A DNA stretch of 46,180 bases from Bifidobacterium breve. GTDB lineage: Bacteria; Actinomycetota; Actinomycetes; S36-B12. The stretch covers positions 1 to 46,180 of the forward strand of contig CAMDKJ010000002.1 of the NCBI GenBank assembly GCA_945900705.1, read 5' to 3'. Below the pieces are notes generated by a model. It ran no database searches. It was given only the letters and a program-made list of their open reading frames with translations, and was not told where the DNA came from. Numbering within the stretch: the first letter of the stretch is position 1; every line of letters starts with the position of its first letter. Positions 27,841-36,817 of the stretch are shown piece by piece. A program made the position numbers and the translations under genes.

Positions 27841-27981
27841 GCTGCAATAATGTTGAAAAGCTTCATATACAGACTCCTGCGACATAACATGGGAGTACCC
27901 TCATAAACCACTAGGAATAAAACTCACGGCAATTAAGTTGTCGTACCAACAATGTTAATCCACTACAACATGAGGTCACCA

Positions 27982-29028
27982 ATGGATGTCATCGCATATG
28001 CCACTTCGGCACCTAAGGCCCCGCTGGAGCCATTCGTGTTTAGTCAACGCGAAGTCGGCCCGCACGACATTTTGATCGACATCAAATTCGCCGGTATCTG
28101 CCACTCCGATATCCATCAAGCCCGCGAGGACTGGGGATCGGCCATTTTCCCGATGGTGCCCGGGCATGAAATCGCAGGTGTGGTGAGCGCGGTCGGCAGC
28201 GCAGTGACGAAGTTCAAGGTTGGCGATCACGCCGGGGTCGGGTGCCTCGTTGATACCTGTCGCGTTTGCGCGAATTGCCTGGCTGGGTTGGAGCAATACT
28301 GCCTAGGTCACATGGTGTTGACCTATAACGGCGTTGAGGCTGACATGCAGACACCCACCTATGGCGGCTACGCCACCCACATCGTCATCGATGAGGGCTA
28401 CGCCCTGACCATCCCGCCAGGCTTGCCCCTCGACATCGCCGCTCCCCTCCTGTGCGCGGGAATCACCTTGTATTCACCACTTCGCTATTGGCAGGCCGGC
28501 CCCGGTACCAAGGTAGGCATCATGGGGCTGGGCGGCCTCGGGCACATGGGGGTGAAGATCGCACATGCAATGGGCGCTGAAGTCACGTTGATTAGTCACT
28601 CGCCGGGCAAGGAGGAAGACGCTAGGCGCCTTGGAGCAGACAATTTCATTCTGTCGAGCGACACAAAAGCGATGAAAGCCGCCCGCAATTCCCTCGATTT
28701 GGTTATCAATACCGTTTCGGCAGATATCGAGCTCGACCACTACCTGGCCCTGATCAAGTTGCAGGGCACCATGTGTGTTGTCGGGCTCCCGGAGAAGCCG
28801 CTGTCCGTGAGTGCATTCGCCCTCACCGGCCAACGGAGATCCCTAGCCGGGTCAAATATCGGTGGCATCGCCGAAACTCAGGAGAAGCTGAACTTCTGCG
28901 CCGAGCATGGCTTCGGGAGCGATGTCGAAGTCATTGCGGTCCAACAGGTTAACGAGGCCTGGGAGCGAGTGCTAAGGAGTGATGTTCGCTACCGGTTCGT
29001 GATCGATACCGAGTCACTCAACGCTTGA
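27982..29028 (+). CDS. Zn-dependent medium-chain alcohol dehydrogenase (cinnamyl-ADH / AdhC / YahK type)
   Basis: Catalytic Zn motifs GICHSD and GHEIAG, a structural Zn cluster (CRVCANCLAGLEQYC), and GLGGLGH. The start is set at ATG 27982 (GAGG 6 nt upstream). The longest ORF begins at 27952. Confidence 0.85.
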   Translation: MDVIAYATSAPKAPLEPFVFSQREVGPHDILIDIKFAGICHSDIHQAREDWGSAIFPMVPGHEIAGVVSAVGSAVTKFKVGDHAGVGCLVDTCRVCANCLAGLEQYCLGHMVLTYNGVEADMQTPTYGGYATHIVIDEGYALTIPPGLPLDIAAPLLCAGITLYSPLRYWQAGPGTKVGIMGLGGLGHMGVKIAHAMGAEVTLISHSPGKEEDARRLGADNFILSSDTKAMKAARNSLDLVINTVSADIELDHYLALIKLQGTMCVVGLPEKPLSVSAFALTGQRRSLAGSNIGGIAETQEKLNFCAEHGFGSDVEVIAVQQVNEAWERVLRSDVRYRFVIDTESLNA

Positions 29029-29863
29029 TGGGCCGGGTGAGGCAGGTTGGCCCGCCCTCACCCTTGTTTATTTCACTTGCTTCATACAGATGCACTTCGA
29101 CCCCGCGCCGCCGCAGCAACTCGGCGGTAGCGTCATTTCCGGTAGTCATCACGACGACACCCGGTGCAATCGCCAACACATTGCATCCAAGTGTTGCGTA
29201 ATCCGCCTCGGGCAGGCTGAGAATCTCAATACCGCGTTGCTGCAGGGCCTGCATCAAGGCCACCGGCGCCAGCCGCTCATAGACAAGTACCAGATCTTGC
29301 CTTATCGCCGAAATGACCGACATCAGATGTAGGCAGAACTCCGGGCCTAGGTCATGGGGGAGATCGAACACTTCAACCCCGACCCCATCAGCCGCCAGCA
29401 TCGGCCGAAGTTGGTCAATCCCGGCCGCATTGGTGCGATACGAGCGTCCCATTGCTAGCGTATTTTCATCAAGCCAGTACATGTCACCGCCATCAGCGGT
29501 GGCAGCACCGGTGAGCTTGCCAACCACGGGCACCCCTAGGGCGTGCAGATCGGCGGTCATGAGCGGGGGCTCACCGGCGCGCACCGCTTTGGCTCCGCGG
29601 AGTTCGATAACACCCGATGGGGTGATGAATGCTGGGTCATAGGCGAAAATGGCATCGGGCATATCGTCAACCGGTGCCAGCTCCGCAACTTCGCACCCAA
29701 GTTTGCGCAGCAGGGCGACGAAATCTCGATGCTGTTGCAGGAGCAGCTCGCCGTCGATCGGCTGCTCCCAATGCGCCACCGCATAGTCACCGCGCAGCGA
29801 AGGTGCTCGAACCGCCACGCGGACGAGCGGCGCCACCATCGAACGCACCCCGTAATCGCTCAT
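29018..29863 (-). CDS. amidinotransferase-superfamily hydrolase (dimethylarginine dimethylaminohydrolase-like)
   Basis: About 281 aa from ATG 29863, which overlaps the upstream stop (ATGA). The C-terminal nucleophile motif is GEGGPTCLTRPI. Internal DG..M and HLM motifs are typical of DDAH/ADI-fold enzymes. Confidence 0.75.
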   Translation of the reverse strand: MSDYGVRSMVAPLVRVAVRAPSLRGDYAVAHWEQPIDGELLLQQHRDFVALLRKLGCEVAELAPVDDMPDAIFAYDPAFITPSGVIELRGAKAVRAGEPPLMTADLHALGVPVVGKLTGAATADGGDMYWLDENTLAMGRSYRTNAAGIDQLRPMLAADGVGVEVFDLPHDLGPEFCLHLMSVISAIRQDLVLVYERLAPVALMQALQQRGIEILSLPEADYATLGCNVLAIAPGVVVMTTGNDATAELLRRRGVEVHLYEASEINKGEGGPTCLTRPIKR

Positions 29864-30330
29864 GCCCTCATACTTTCCAAGATTCCGGTAAGCCGCAGCC
29901 GATTGAAGCGCAAGATGAAAATATAAATAACATTTCCTGCCACGACAATCGAACCAAATGCCAAGGTGAGCCACCATGGATTGAAGAAGATTAGTGGCAG
30001 CCAAACCCACATGGTTAGCCAGTGCACCCACTCGGCCCTGCGCACCTCAACGAGGTAGGCACCCAGATCCTCGATCGTCAAGCCAGGCAGTTCCTTCTTG
30101 CTTTGTCCACCGAACACCGAGCCGAATTCGGGCAAAGTTCGAGCCAATTTGGTGATTCCGATCCTGCGATACCTCGTTCGTGTCTCGAATCGATTGAATC
30201 GAAGCGGGCCAACATCTCGTTGCAGCCAGGTATTCGGCCAGCGGGGGGCCGAGGCGCCGATGCAGATAGCGAGTCCAATCACCACCACGGCGGAGGCGGC
30301 GATATGCAGCAGCAGATCTTGGGCACTCAC
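29860..30330 (-). CDS. small integral membrane protein (possibly CrtO-like acyltransferase family)
   Basis: 156 aa with an N-terminal TM and two C-terminal TMs. Translationally coupled at both ends (GTGA and ATGA). The family assignment rests only on an F.E....Y..IGI.K....LPE.G...RAE..H pattern recalled from memory. Confidence 0.55.
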   Translation of the reverse strand: MSAQDLLLHIAASAVVVIGLAICIGASAPRWPNTWLQRDVGPLRFNRFETRTRYRRIGITKLARTLPEFGSVFGGQSKKELPGLTIEDLGAYLVEVRRAEWVHWLTMWVWLPLIFFNPWWLTLAFGSIVVAGNVIYIFILRFNRLRLTGILESMRA

Positions 30331-31976
30331 ACGCGTTTGCCTAACGCCTCGGTTAGTCGTGCCAGTGCCGGGCTTATCGATCCTTTAGGCACCTTCACAT
30401 GCACTATCGCCAACTCATCATGGGCGAATGCCTCGGCTAGTGCGTCTGAAAGTTCATCCTCGGTTGACGCGAGCCAGCCTTTGCCAACACCGAAAACATC
30501 AACCAGTTTTTCAGCAGCGAGCGGTGCAATGTCATTAAATGGACCATCGCGCATCGGCCGCTGAGTGCCGAATCCGCAGTTGTCCATCACGATGATGATC
30601 GGGTGAACACCATTTAATGCGCACCAGCCCGACTCGATGCCGCTCATTGCGAATGCTCCGTCACCAACAAGTACGACCGGTCGGTGCTCAGCGTCGGCCT
30701 TACCGGCACCCAAAGCAGCCGGTATTGCGTAACCCATCGTCGCGTAGTAGGCACTCGATATCGACCATGCTGGTACCGGCAGCTCAACCGAGGCGAATAG
30801 GCAATCACCCGGGTCGACTATTAACCCGTGACTCTCATTCATCCGCGCTGCCACCGCGGCAATGAGCCGCTCAGCATGGATAGGTACCGCACCCGCCGAA
30901 ACGAATTCAGGGACATCATGTTCGGCTGGTAGTAGCGCATCGCGGCCCGCGGAAACAGCATCTCGCAGCGCGGGTAAGAAGGCTACGAGCGGTACCTCGC
31001 GGTAGGTGCGCAAACCCACGGTGACGTCGGTGTCGGTGCATGCGATGAGATGAGTCGGCGAGATATGCGCGGTGAAGCCACCAAAGTTAAGGTCGGTAGG
31101 TAGCACACCCAAACTCAAGAGCACATCGGCGCCTTCAACAACTTCAACGACGTTGACCGGGCTTACCGCACCTTGATAGACACCAAGTGCTAGCGGATGC
31201 CGTTCGGGGAATACCCCTTTTGACATTGAGCTGGTTGCCACCATTAAGCCAAGATGCTCGGCCAGGCCAAGTAGCGGGGCGGCCAATGACCTGCGGGAAA
31301 CCATTACCCCGGCTTGGATAACAGCGGAGTTCGCTGAACGCAGCATCGAAACAACATCGGCGACGGCCGCGGCCAACTTGGCCTCATTGACCGGTTGCGG
31401 TTGCAATTGAATTGGGTCTGGGGATGAGCTGATTAGGTAATCAACCTGATCGCGCGGAATCTCTAAGTAACCTGGCCTTTGGGTTGCCAGCATGGTGGCA
31501 ATGACCCGATCGATTTCTGCCGCAGCGGTGATCGGATTATCCAAGACGGCTTGCGCAACCGTTAGATCTTGGAAAACTTTAAGTTGGGTGTCGTAGTCCT
31601 TGACCCGGTGGTGGAGCATCGCCCCATTTGCCCGCTCCGCAATACCCGGTGCACCCGAGACAACGAGCAGCGGTACCTGCTCGGCCCAGGCGTTAGCCAC
31701 CGCATTGGTCAACTTGAGCCCACCGACGCCGTAGGTGCAGCCAACAACACCCAGGCCCCGCAGCCGCGCATAAGCATCGGCGGCAAACCCTGAGCCCTGC
31801 TCATCGGCGGTGACGAGCATCGGCAGTCCCGCATCAGCCAAGGCCCCGAACAGGCGCAGGGCGTAATCACCAACTATGCCGAACCCAACGGTTACCCCGT
31901 GTTCAGCAAGGCGTCGGACCAGATGAGCGGGGATCGTGGTTTCACCCTTGATCAGCGGCTTAGTGCTATCGGGCAT
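30327..31976 (-). CDS. thiamine-diphosphate-dependent 2-keto-acid decarboxylase (PDC/IPDC/KdcA family)
   Basis: 549 aa. The N-terminal PYR domain is FGIVGDYALRLF...ADEQGSGFAADAYAR...TYGVGGLKL. The ThDP motif is GDGAFAMSG...N. Confidence 0.85.
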   Translation of the reverse strand: MPDSTKPLIKGETTIPAHLVRRLAEHGVTVGFGIVGDYALRLFGALADAGLPMLVTADEQGSGFAADAYARLRGLGVVGCTYGVGGLKLTNAVANAWAEQVPLLVVSGAPGIAERANGAMLHHRVKDYDTQLKVFQDLTVAQAVLDNPITAAAEIDRVIATMLATQRPGYLEIPRDQVDYLISSSPDPIQLQPQPVNEAKLAAAVADVVSMLRSANSAVIQAGVMVSRRSLAAPLLGLAEHLGLMVATSSMSKGVFPERHPLALGVYQGAVSPVNVVEVVEGADVLLSLGVLPTDLNFGGFTAHISPTHLIACTDTDVTVGLRTYREVPLVAFLPALRDAVSAGRDALLPAEHDVPEFVSAGAVPIHAERLIAAVAARMNESHGLIVDPGDCLFASVELPVPAWSISSAYYATMGYAIPAALGAGKADAEHRPVVLVGDGAFAMSGIESGWCALNGVHPIIIVMDNCGFGTQRPMRDGPFNDIAPLAAEKLVDVFGVGKGWLASTEDELSDALAEAFAHDELAIVHVKVPKGSISPALARLTEALGKRV

Positions 31977-32016
31977 GCGGACCTTCTCTTAGCGCGGGCG
32001 GGTTCGTCCAATTCGG

Positions 32017-32101
32017 CGGCGAGGGAGGGATTTGAACCCCCGGAAGGTTGCCCTTCGGGCGCTTTCAAGGCGCCTGCATTCGGCCGCTCTGCCACCTCGC
32101 C
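32017..32101 (-). tRNA. tRNA-Ser (anticodon TGA)
   Basis: The reverse complement reads GGCGAGGTGGCAGAGCGGCCGAATGCAGGCGCCTTGAAAGCGCC...GGGGGTTCAAATCCCTCCCTCGCCG. Anticodon loop is CTTGAAA and a long variable arm is present. Confidence 0.9.
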
Positions 32102-32107
32102 AGGTGC

Positions 32108-32839
32108 CTACATACCGTAGTGCACACCGGTCATCGGGACGAAAATGTCAGCGTCATCTAGCCAGATCCGCAAAGTCGCCACCGCGGTTACCCCCCGGTG
32201 GCAGTGTCCACCGCTATTTCGATCAGCAGCAAGACCGTGCAGATGCAGCCCCGGTATCACTACTTGGTCATTGACATCCGGGAATCTAAAACCCACCATC
32301 GTGCCCGCCCAGATCTCGAAGGCGAACTGCACCTCGTGGTCCAAGACCTCGGTGATTGGGCGATAGGGCGGGGTTTGGCGCGGCTCACTGCGCAACAACA
32401 CCTCGGTGAAGGTCCCATCAACCCGGATCGCCGCCACCAGGTGGTCATGGTGTTGGCCGGCCGCTTTTAATACCTCATCAATTAAAGTCGTGAGACCGGC
32501 GAAGTCAGTGCCCGCGGCCACCTGTTCAGTGATACTCACACCGCCCTGGGCCACCACCGCAAATGGCAGGCCCTGCTGTGGCTCGGCAATCACCGGGATG
32601 CCATCAACCGGCACCCGCCAAACGGTGTCGTCAAATGCGACTATCTCGCCGTCAACCGCCTCGGCGACACCAATGCCGAGCACCGCGTCTTTGAAAGCCT
32701 CAGCAACGGTGATCGCGGATTCATAGTGGCCTTCGAAGAGATCCCGCACAATTTCGGTCTGCTGAATATGCCCCTGCCGGGCCTTAGCCGGATCAGGTTC
32801 GGTGCGGGTTACCGCAGCGGCCAGGGCAGCATCAAACAT
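32108..32839 (-). CDS. budA: alpha-acetolactate decarboxylase family protein
   Basis: 243 aa, collinear with ALDC. The Zn-ligand pattern is PGLHLHGLAADRNSGGH, and DGTF...R....Q.PPY and FAFE...GT.VGF blocks are present. Confidence 0.7.
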   Translation of the reverse strand: MFDAALAAAVTRTEPDPAKARQGHIQQTEIVRDLFEGHYESAITVAEAFKDAVLGIGVAEAVDGEIVAFDDTVWRVPVDGIPVIAEPQQGLPFAVVAQGGVSITEQVAAGTDFAGLTTLIDEVLKAAGQHHDHLVAAIRVDGTFTEVLLRSEPRQTPPYRPITEVLDHEVQFAFEIWAGTMVGFRFPDVNDQVVIPGLHLHGLAADRNSGGHCHRGVTAVATLRIWLDDADIFVPMTGVHYGM

Positions 32840-32886
32840 GTCGGTAACGATAGCGGTCGCTCAATCTTCATAACCGAAAGGCCACC

Positions 32887-33462
32887 ATGCGCTTGCATCG
32901 AGCCATCTCCTCAGACTTACCCCTGTTGGTCGTTGCTCTCGAGGAGGAGGCAACACATCTACATGTCACCGAGTTACCCGTGTTAGTCACGGGCGCCGGC
33001 AAAGTAAATGCCGCGGTCGCGGTAGCCACCATCCTCGGTGAGTTCTCACCGGCCCGCGTCATAAACCTCGGCACCGCAGGTAGTTTACGTGATGGCCTTT
33101 GGGGTACCCAGGTGATTTCCCGGGTAACACAACATGACCTTGATGATTCAGCGCTATTCGCACTCACCGGGTTGCATTTCGGTGCGCCCATCGAATTCGG
33201 TGGCACCGGGCCGACCCTGACAACCGGCGACGCTTTCATTTCGGACTCCGCCACGCGCGAAAGGCTGGCCCAGCAGGCCGACCTCGTCGACATGGAGGCC
33301 TATGCGATTGCCCACGCCGCCGCGGTCGCCGGTATTCCGCTGACCATCGTCAAGCAAGTTAGTGACCAAGCCGGTGAGACAGCCAGTAAATCTTGGGCTT
33401 CTTTAGTTGATGAATGCGCTCAGCAACTTGGTATCTGGGTACGCGATAACGTGCTGAAATAA
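32887..33462 (+). CDS. PNP/UDP-1-family nucleosidase (MTA/SAH nucleosidase or futalosine hydrolase-like)
   Basis: 191 aa with motifs LVVALEEEA, VLVTGAGKVNAA, NLGTAGSL and DMEAYAIAHAA. Confidence 0.7.
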   Translation: MRLHRAISSDLPLLVVALEEEATHLHVTELPVLVTGAGKVNAAVAVATILGEFSPARVINLGTAGSLRDGLWGTQVISRVTQHDLDDSALFALTGLHFGAPIEFGGTGPTLTTGDAFISDSATRERLAQQADLVDMEAYAIAHAAAVAGIPLTIVKQVSDQAGETASKSWASLVDECAQQLGIWVRDNVLK

Positions 33463-33468
33463 AGTCAG

Positions 33469-34695
33469 TTACTCAGCAGCTTCAATCGGCACAACCGCAC
33501 CCCGTGGTGAATTGCGGCGGTCCATCAGCAGCCCCACCACGGCAAGGACGAGTGAGACCGCCACCACCGTCGTGACAATTTCAGCGACCGAGTCATGCCG
33601 CCAGAAGGCGACAATGCCGACAAGCACCAGCAGCGCCACCCATACCGTCAAAACCGCGCGACGATCTTGGGCGGCGAGCCGGGCATAGAGCAATACCTGA
33701 ACCAACGCGAATGCCGAGCCTTCTAGGGCAAAGAGCCAAGCCTCCGAGCCGAGTTCAACATATTGCGCACCGCCCAGAACCCGCATTACGAATGCACCGA
33801 ACGCGAAACTGAATCCGGTGACAAAAACACCAAGGGCCGCGGTCAGCCCGGTTGCAATGAGCACCGCACGCCTTGAATCACCGGCGGTCATCTTCGGGAA
33901 CAACACGATAATGATCGCATTCGGCAGGAAGAATGCGATCTTGGCCAGCAGCACCCCGACCGAGTACTCACCTGATTGATCCTCGGTCAAGAAAATGCGG
34001 GCGAGTAGGACGTCAACGTTGGTAAGGGTAAATAGCACGAGTAGGGCATGGGCGATGTGACCAAACTCGGCGGCGCCGCTCCTGTCTAAAGTTCCGGCCC
34101 AAGTTTTCGGACAGATTAATAGGTAACTAATGACGGCACCGACCGCGCAGCCGACCAGTAGGCCGGCACTGACACCGATCACACTGCGAAATGCCAGCAC
34201 GAAAACGATGCCGACAAACGCTCGGCCAAAACCATTGGCCAAGAAACCAATGGAGAACCGAAGGTGCTCCTCGCGGCCTTGTGCTATCCCAAGGGAAGCC
34301 GTGCCGAGCACCACGAAGCCAAGGGACGCGAGCCCCATAGCCACCGCGGCATAGGGAATGGCGAAGACCAAACTAAGTGGCCAGGCCGCCAGTAGACCCG
34401 CCAAGATGATGGACACCCCGACATAAATGGCGAGCCGAATCGCTTGGCCTTCTACTTCGGCACGATTGCCCGTGGCGACCGACACCCGCCGGGCGGTCAA
34501 TGCCTGAACCGCGATCGACAGCGTCGAGATGATGATCAAGATGCCGAGCAGGGCACCGTAGGCGCCAAAGTCGGCCGGGGTGAGTATCCGGGCCGCCACA
34601 ATGGACAGCAGGTAGGCGGCACCATTGCCGATCAAGGTGGCCGCTCCCACGAACACCAAGCCCTTGGCTAGGGTCCGTCGGGTTTGCTCACTCAC
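33469..34695 (-). CDS. polysaccharide-biosynthesis / MOP-superfamily flippase-like membrane protein
   Basis: 408 aa with about 12 TM helices. The N-terminal pattern (GLVFVGAATLIGNGAAYLLSIVAARILTPADFGAYGAL) is typical of Wzx-like proteins. Confidence 0.65.
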   Translation of the reverse strand: MSEQTRRTLAKGLVFVGAATLIGNGAAYLLSIVAARILTPADFGAYGALLGILIIISTLSIAVQALTARRVSVATGNRAEVEGQAIRLAIYVGVSIILAGLLAAWPLSLVFAIPYAAVAMGLASLGFVVLGTASLGIAQGREEHLRFSIGFLANGFGRAFVGIVFVLAFRSVIGVSAGLLVGCAVGAVISYLLICPKTWAGTLDRSGAAEFGHIAHALLVLFTLTNVDVLLARIFLTEDQSGEYSVGVLLAKIAFFLPNAIIIVLFPKMTAGDSRRAVLIATGLTAALGVFVTGFSFAFGAFVMRVLGGAQYVELGSEAWLFALEGSAFALVQVLLYARLAAQDRRAVLTVWVALLVLVGIVAFWRHDSVAEIVTTVVAVSLVLAVVGLLMDRRNSPRGAVVPIEAAE

Positions 34696-34832
34696 GCCTA
34701 GACCCTACTTCCCTGCTAATGAAGCGCCCGGCTCACCAGTCGATATCCAGATAAAGTCGGAATCAGTTCACCTTGTTTAAGTGCCGGGCTGGCTATAGCC
34801 TTCAGGCTTCACCAGTAAATCTAGGGGACAAT

Positions 34833-35903
34833 GTGACCGACGCACATTTGGATATCCGGCAGGTCACCAAGACATTTCCAACACCTGAGGGTGGGGTGGT
34901 GGTCGCCCTCGACCGCGTCGATCTGGCTATCGCCGAAGGAGAGTTCTTCGTAATGCTCGGCCCTTCGGGCTGCGGCAAGACTTCGCTACTGCGGTGCATC
35001 GCCGGGTTGGAATACCCAGACAGCGGTGAGATTCTGCTCGACGGCTCCCGCATTGACGACATCCCGGCCTATGCCCGGCCAGTCAACACCGTCTTTCAGT
35101 CGTACGCACTGTTCCCACATATGTCAGTGGCTCAGAATGTCGCATTCGGGTTGGAGATGGAGCGGTTACCCAAGAACGAGATAAAGAGCCGGGTGGCCGC
35201 AGCCCTTGAGCAGGTCAAGTTGACCGGGCTAGACCGACGCAAGCCAACCCAGTTATCCGGCGGCCAACAGCAACGAGTCGCGTTAGCCCGCGCACTCGCC
35301 AAACAACCAAAAGTGCTCTTGCTCGACGAGCCACTTTCGGCCCTTGACCTAAAGCTGCGGCGCGGCATGCAGGTCGAACTCAAACGCCTGCAGCGCGAGA
35401 CCGGTATCACCTTCGTATTCGTCACCCACGACCAAGAAGAAGCCATGACGATGGGTGATCGCATTGCTGTCTTCAATGAAGGCAAGATCGTGCAGGTCGG
35501 CTCGCCGCAGGAGATTTATCGCAGGCCGGTCAATGGTTTCGTTGCAGACTTCATCGGCGAGACGAATTTGATCAAGGTAACTGTTGGCTCCGGTGGATTT
35601 ATCTTCCCCGGCGGCGGAGTGCTAGCACGGGAGTTACTCGCCGAGGACTGCGAGGTTCCAGCGGCTGGCGAGTGCTTACTGGCTGTCCGACCCGAGGACT
35701 TCGAGTTGGTCGACACCGACGCCGCGGTGGTCGGCGAGGTCGTTGACGTTATCTTCACCGGTGGGTTGATTCGCTTGCATGTGCGAGCAGGTGACCAGGA
35801 AATCGTCGCAGCACTGCCATCGCATGGTGCGGTAGTGCCGGCGGTTGGTGACCAAACCCGCCTACGCCCGATTACCAAGGCGGCGCGAACGGTGGGTTCA
35901 TGA
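34833..35903 (+). CDS. potA: spermidine/putrescine ABC transporter ATP-binding protein
   Basis: Walker A (GPSGCGKTS), signature (LSGGQQQR), Walker B (LLLDEPLS), and a C-terminal TOBE-like domain. A GTG start at 34833 is favoured (GGGGA upstream). The longest ORF starts at 34773. Confidence 0.88.
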   Translation: MTDAHLDIRQVTKTFPTPEGGVVVALDRVDLAIAEGEFFVMLGPSGCGKTSLLRCIAGLEYPDSGEILLDGSRIDDIPAYARPVNTVFQSYALFPHMSVAQNVAFGLEMERLPKNEIKSRVAAALEQVKLTGLDRRKPTQLSGGQQQRVALARALAKQPKVLLLDEPLSALDLKLRRGMQVELKRLQRETGITFVFVTHDQEEAMTMGDRIAVFNEGKIVQVGSPQEIYRRPVNGFVADFIGETNLIKVTVGSGGFIFPGGGVLARELLAEDCEVPAAGECLLAVRPEDFELVDTDAAVVGEVVDVIFTGGLIRLHVRAGDQEIVAALPSHGAVVPAVGDQTRLRPITKAARTVGS

Positions 35904-36817
35904 GCAAGGTTCGCGCTCCTAAGAGCCCGGGCCGGCCGGGGCAGGCCTCGTCGTGGCTGGCAACCCCAACACTTGTTTTTCTGATCCTCGTCATCTTGCT
36001 GCCACTTTTGATAACCGTGGTCTACTCATTCTTGTCGCAGCCGTCGCTCGGGACCGGCGTTAAATGGGTTTTCTCCACCGATGCCTACCGTCAGATCTTC
36101 GTTCAGGAAAAGCTTGATGGCACCACAGCATTTGACACCCGCTACCTAAAAGTGCTTTGGAACTCCTTCTACTACGCCGGTATCGCCACCATCACCACTT
36201 TGATACTCGGGATTCCGGTTGCAATGTGGATTGCGACTCGACCGGTTCGGTTCCGGGCGCTGCTGGTACTTGCTGTCACCTTGCCCTTTTGGACGAGTGT
36301 GCTAATCCGCACTTACGCGGTGCGCCAGATTCTGGACGAGACCGGGCCAATCGGGGGGTTCCTTAAGATCATTGGCGTCGGCAACAGTTATCAGATTCTC
36401 TACACGCCATGGGCCACCATCATCGGCTTGACTTACACCTTCATCCCGTTCATGATCTTGCCGATCTACGCCAGCGCTGAACGCTTCGACTTTCGCTATG
36501 CCGAGGCCGGATACGACCTAGGTGCCAAGCGCTGGACGGTACTCCGGCGCATCGTGATCCCGGGGATCCGGCCTGGCATCATCGCCGGCATTGCCCTTGT
36601 GTTCATCCCCGGCCTTGGCTCATTCCTGCAGCCCGACATGCTCGGCGGCGGTAAGACCAACATGATCGCCAACGTCATCGCAAACAACTTTGGTCAGGCA
36701 CGCAACTGGCCCTTTGGCTCAGCGCTATCGGTGTTCCTGCTGATATTCACCGTGCTGTTCGTCCTCATGGTTACTACAGGAGTGCGCTCCCGCGGCGATC
36801 AGGTGCGGCTGATATGA
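35900..36817 (+). CDS. potB: polyamine ABC transporter permease
   Basis: 305 aa, 6 TM, with an EAA-loop region ([20 protein letters not shown]). ATGA overlap with potA. Confidence 0.85.
   Translation: MSKVRAPKSPGRPGQASSWLATPTLVFLILVILLPLLITVVYSFLSQPSLGTGVKWVFSTDAYRQIFVQEKLDGTTAFDTRYLKVLWNSFYYAGIATITTLILGIPVAMWIATRPVRFRALLVLAVTLPFWTSVLIRTYAVRQILDETGPIGGFLKIIGVGNSYQILYTPWATIIGLTYTFIPFMILPIYASAERFDFRYAEAGYDLGAKRWTVLRRIVIPGIRPGIIAGIALVFIPGLGSFLQPDMLGGGKTNMIANVIANNFGQARNWPFGSALSVFLLIFTVLFVLMVTTGVRSRGDQVRLI

Noticed and set aside
5181-32101. A genomic island bounded by the two tRNA-Ser genes and carrying the BMC locus.
   Set aside because: I found no integrase, transposase or recombinase ORF, and no direct repeat of a tRNA 3' end. 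The interval also contains ordinary housekeeping-type genes.
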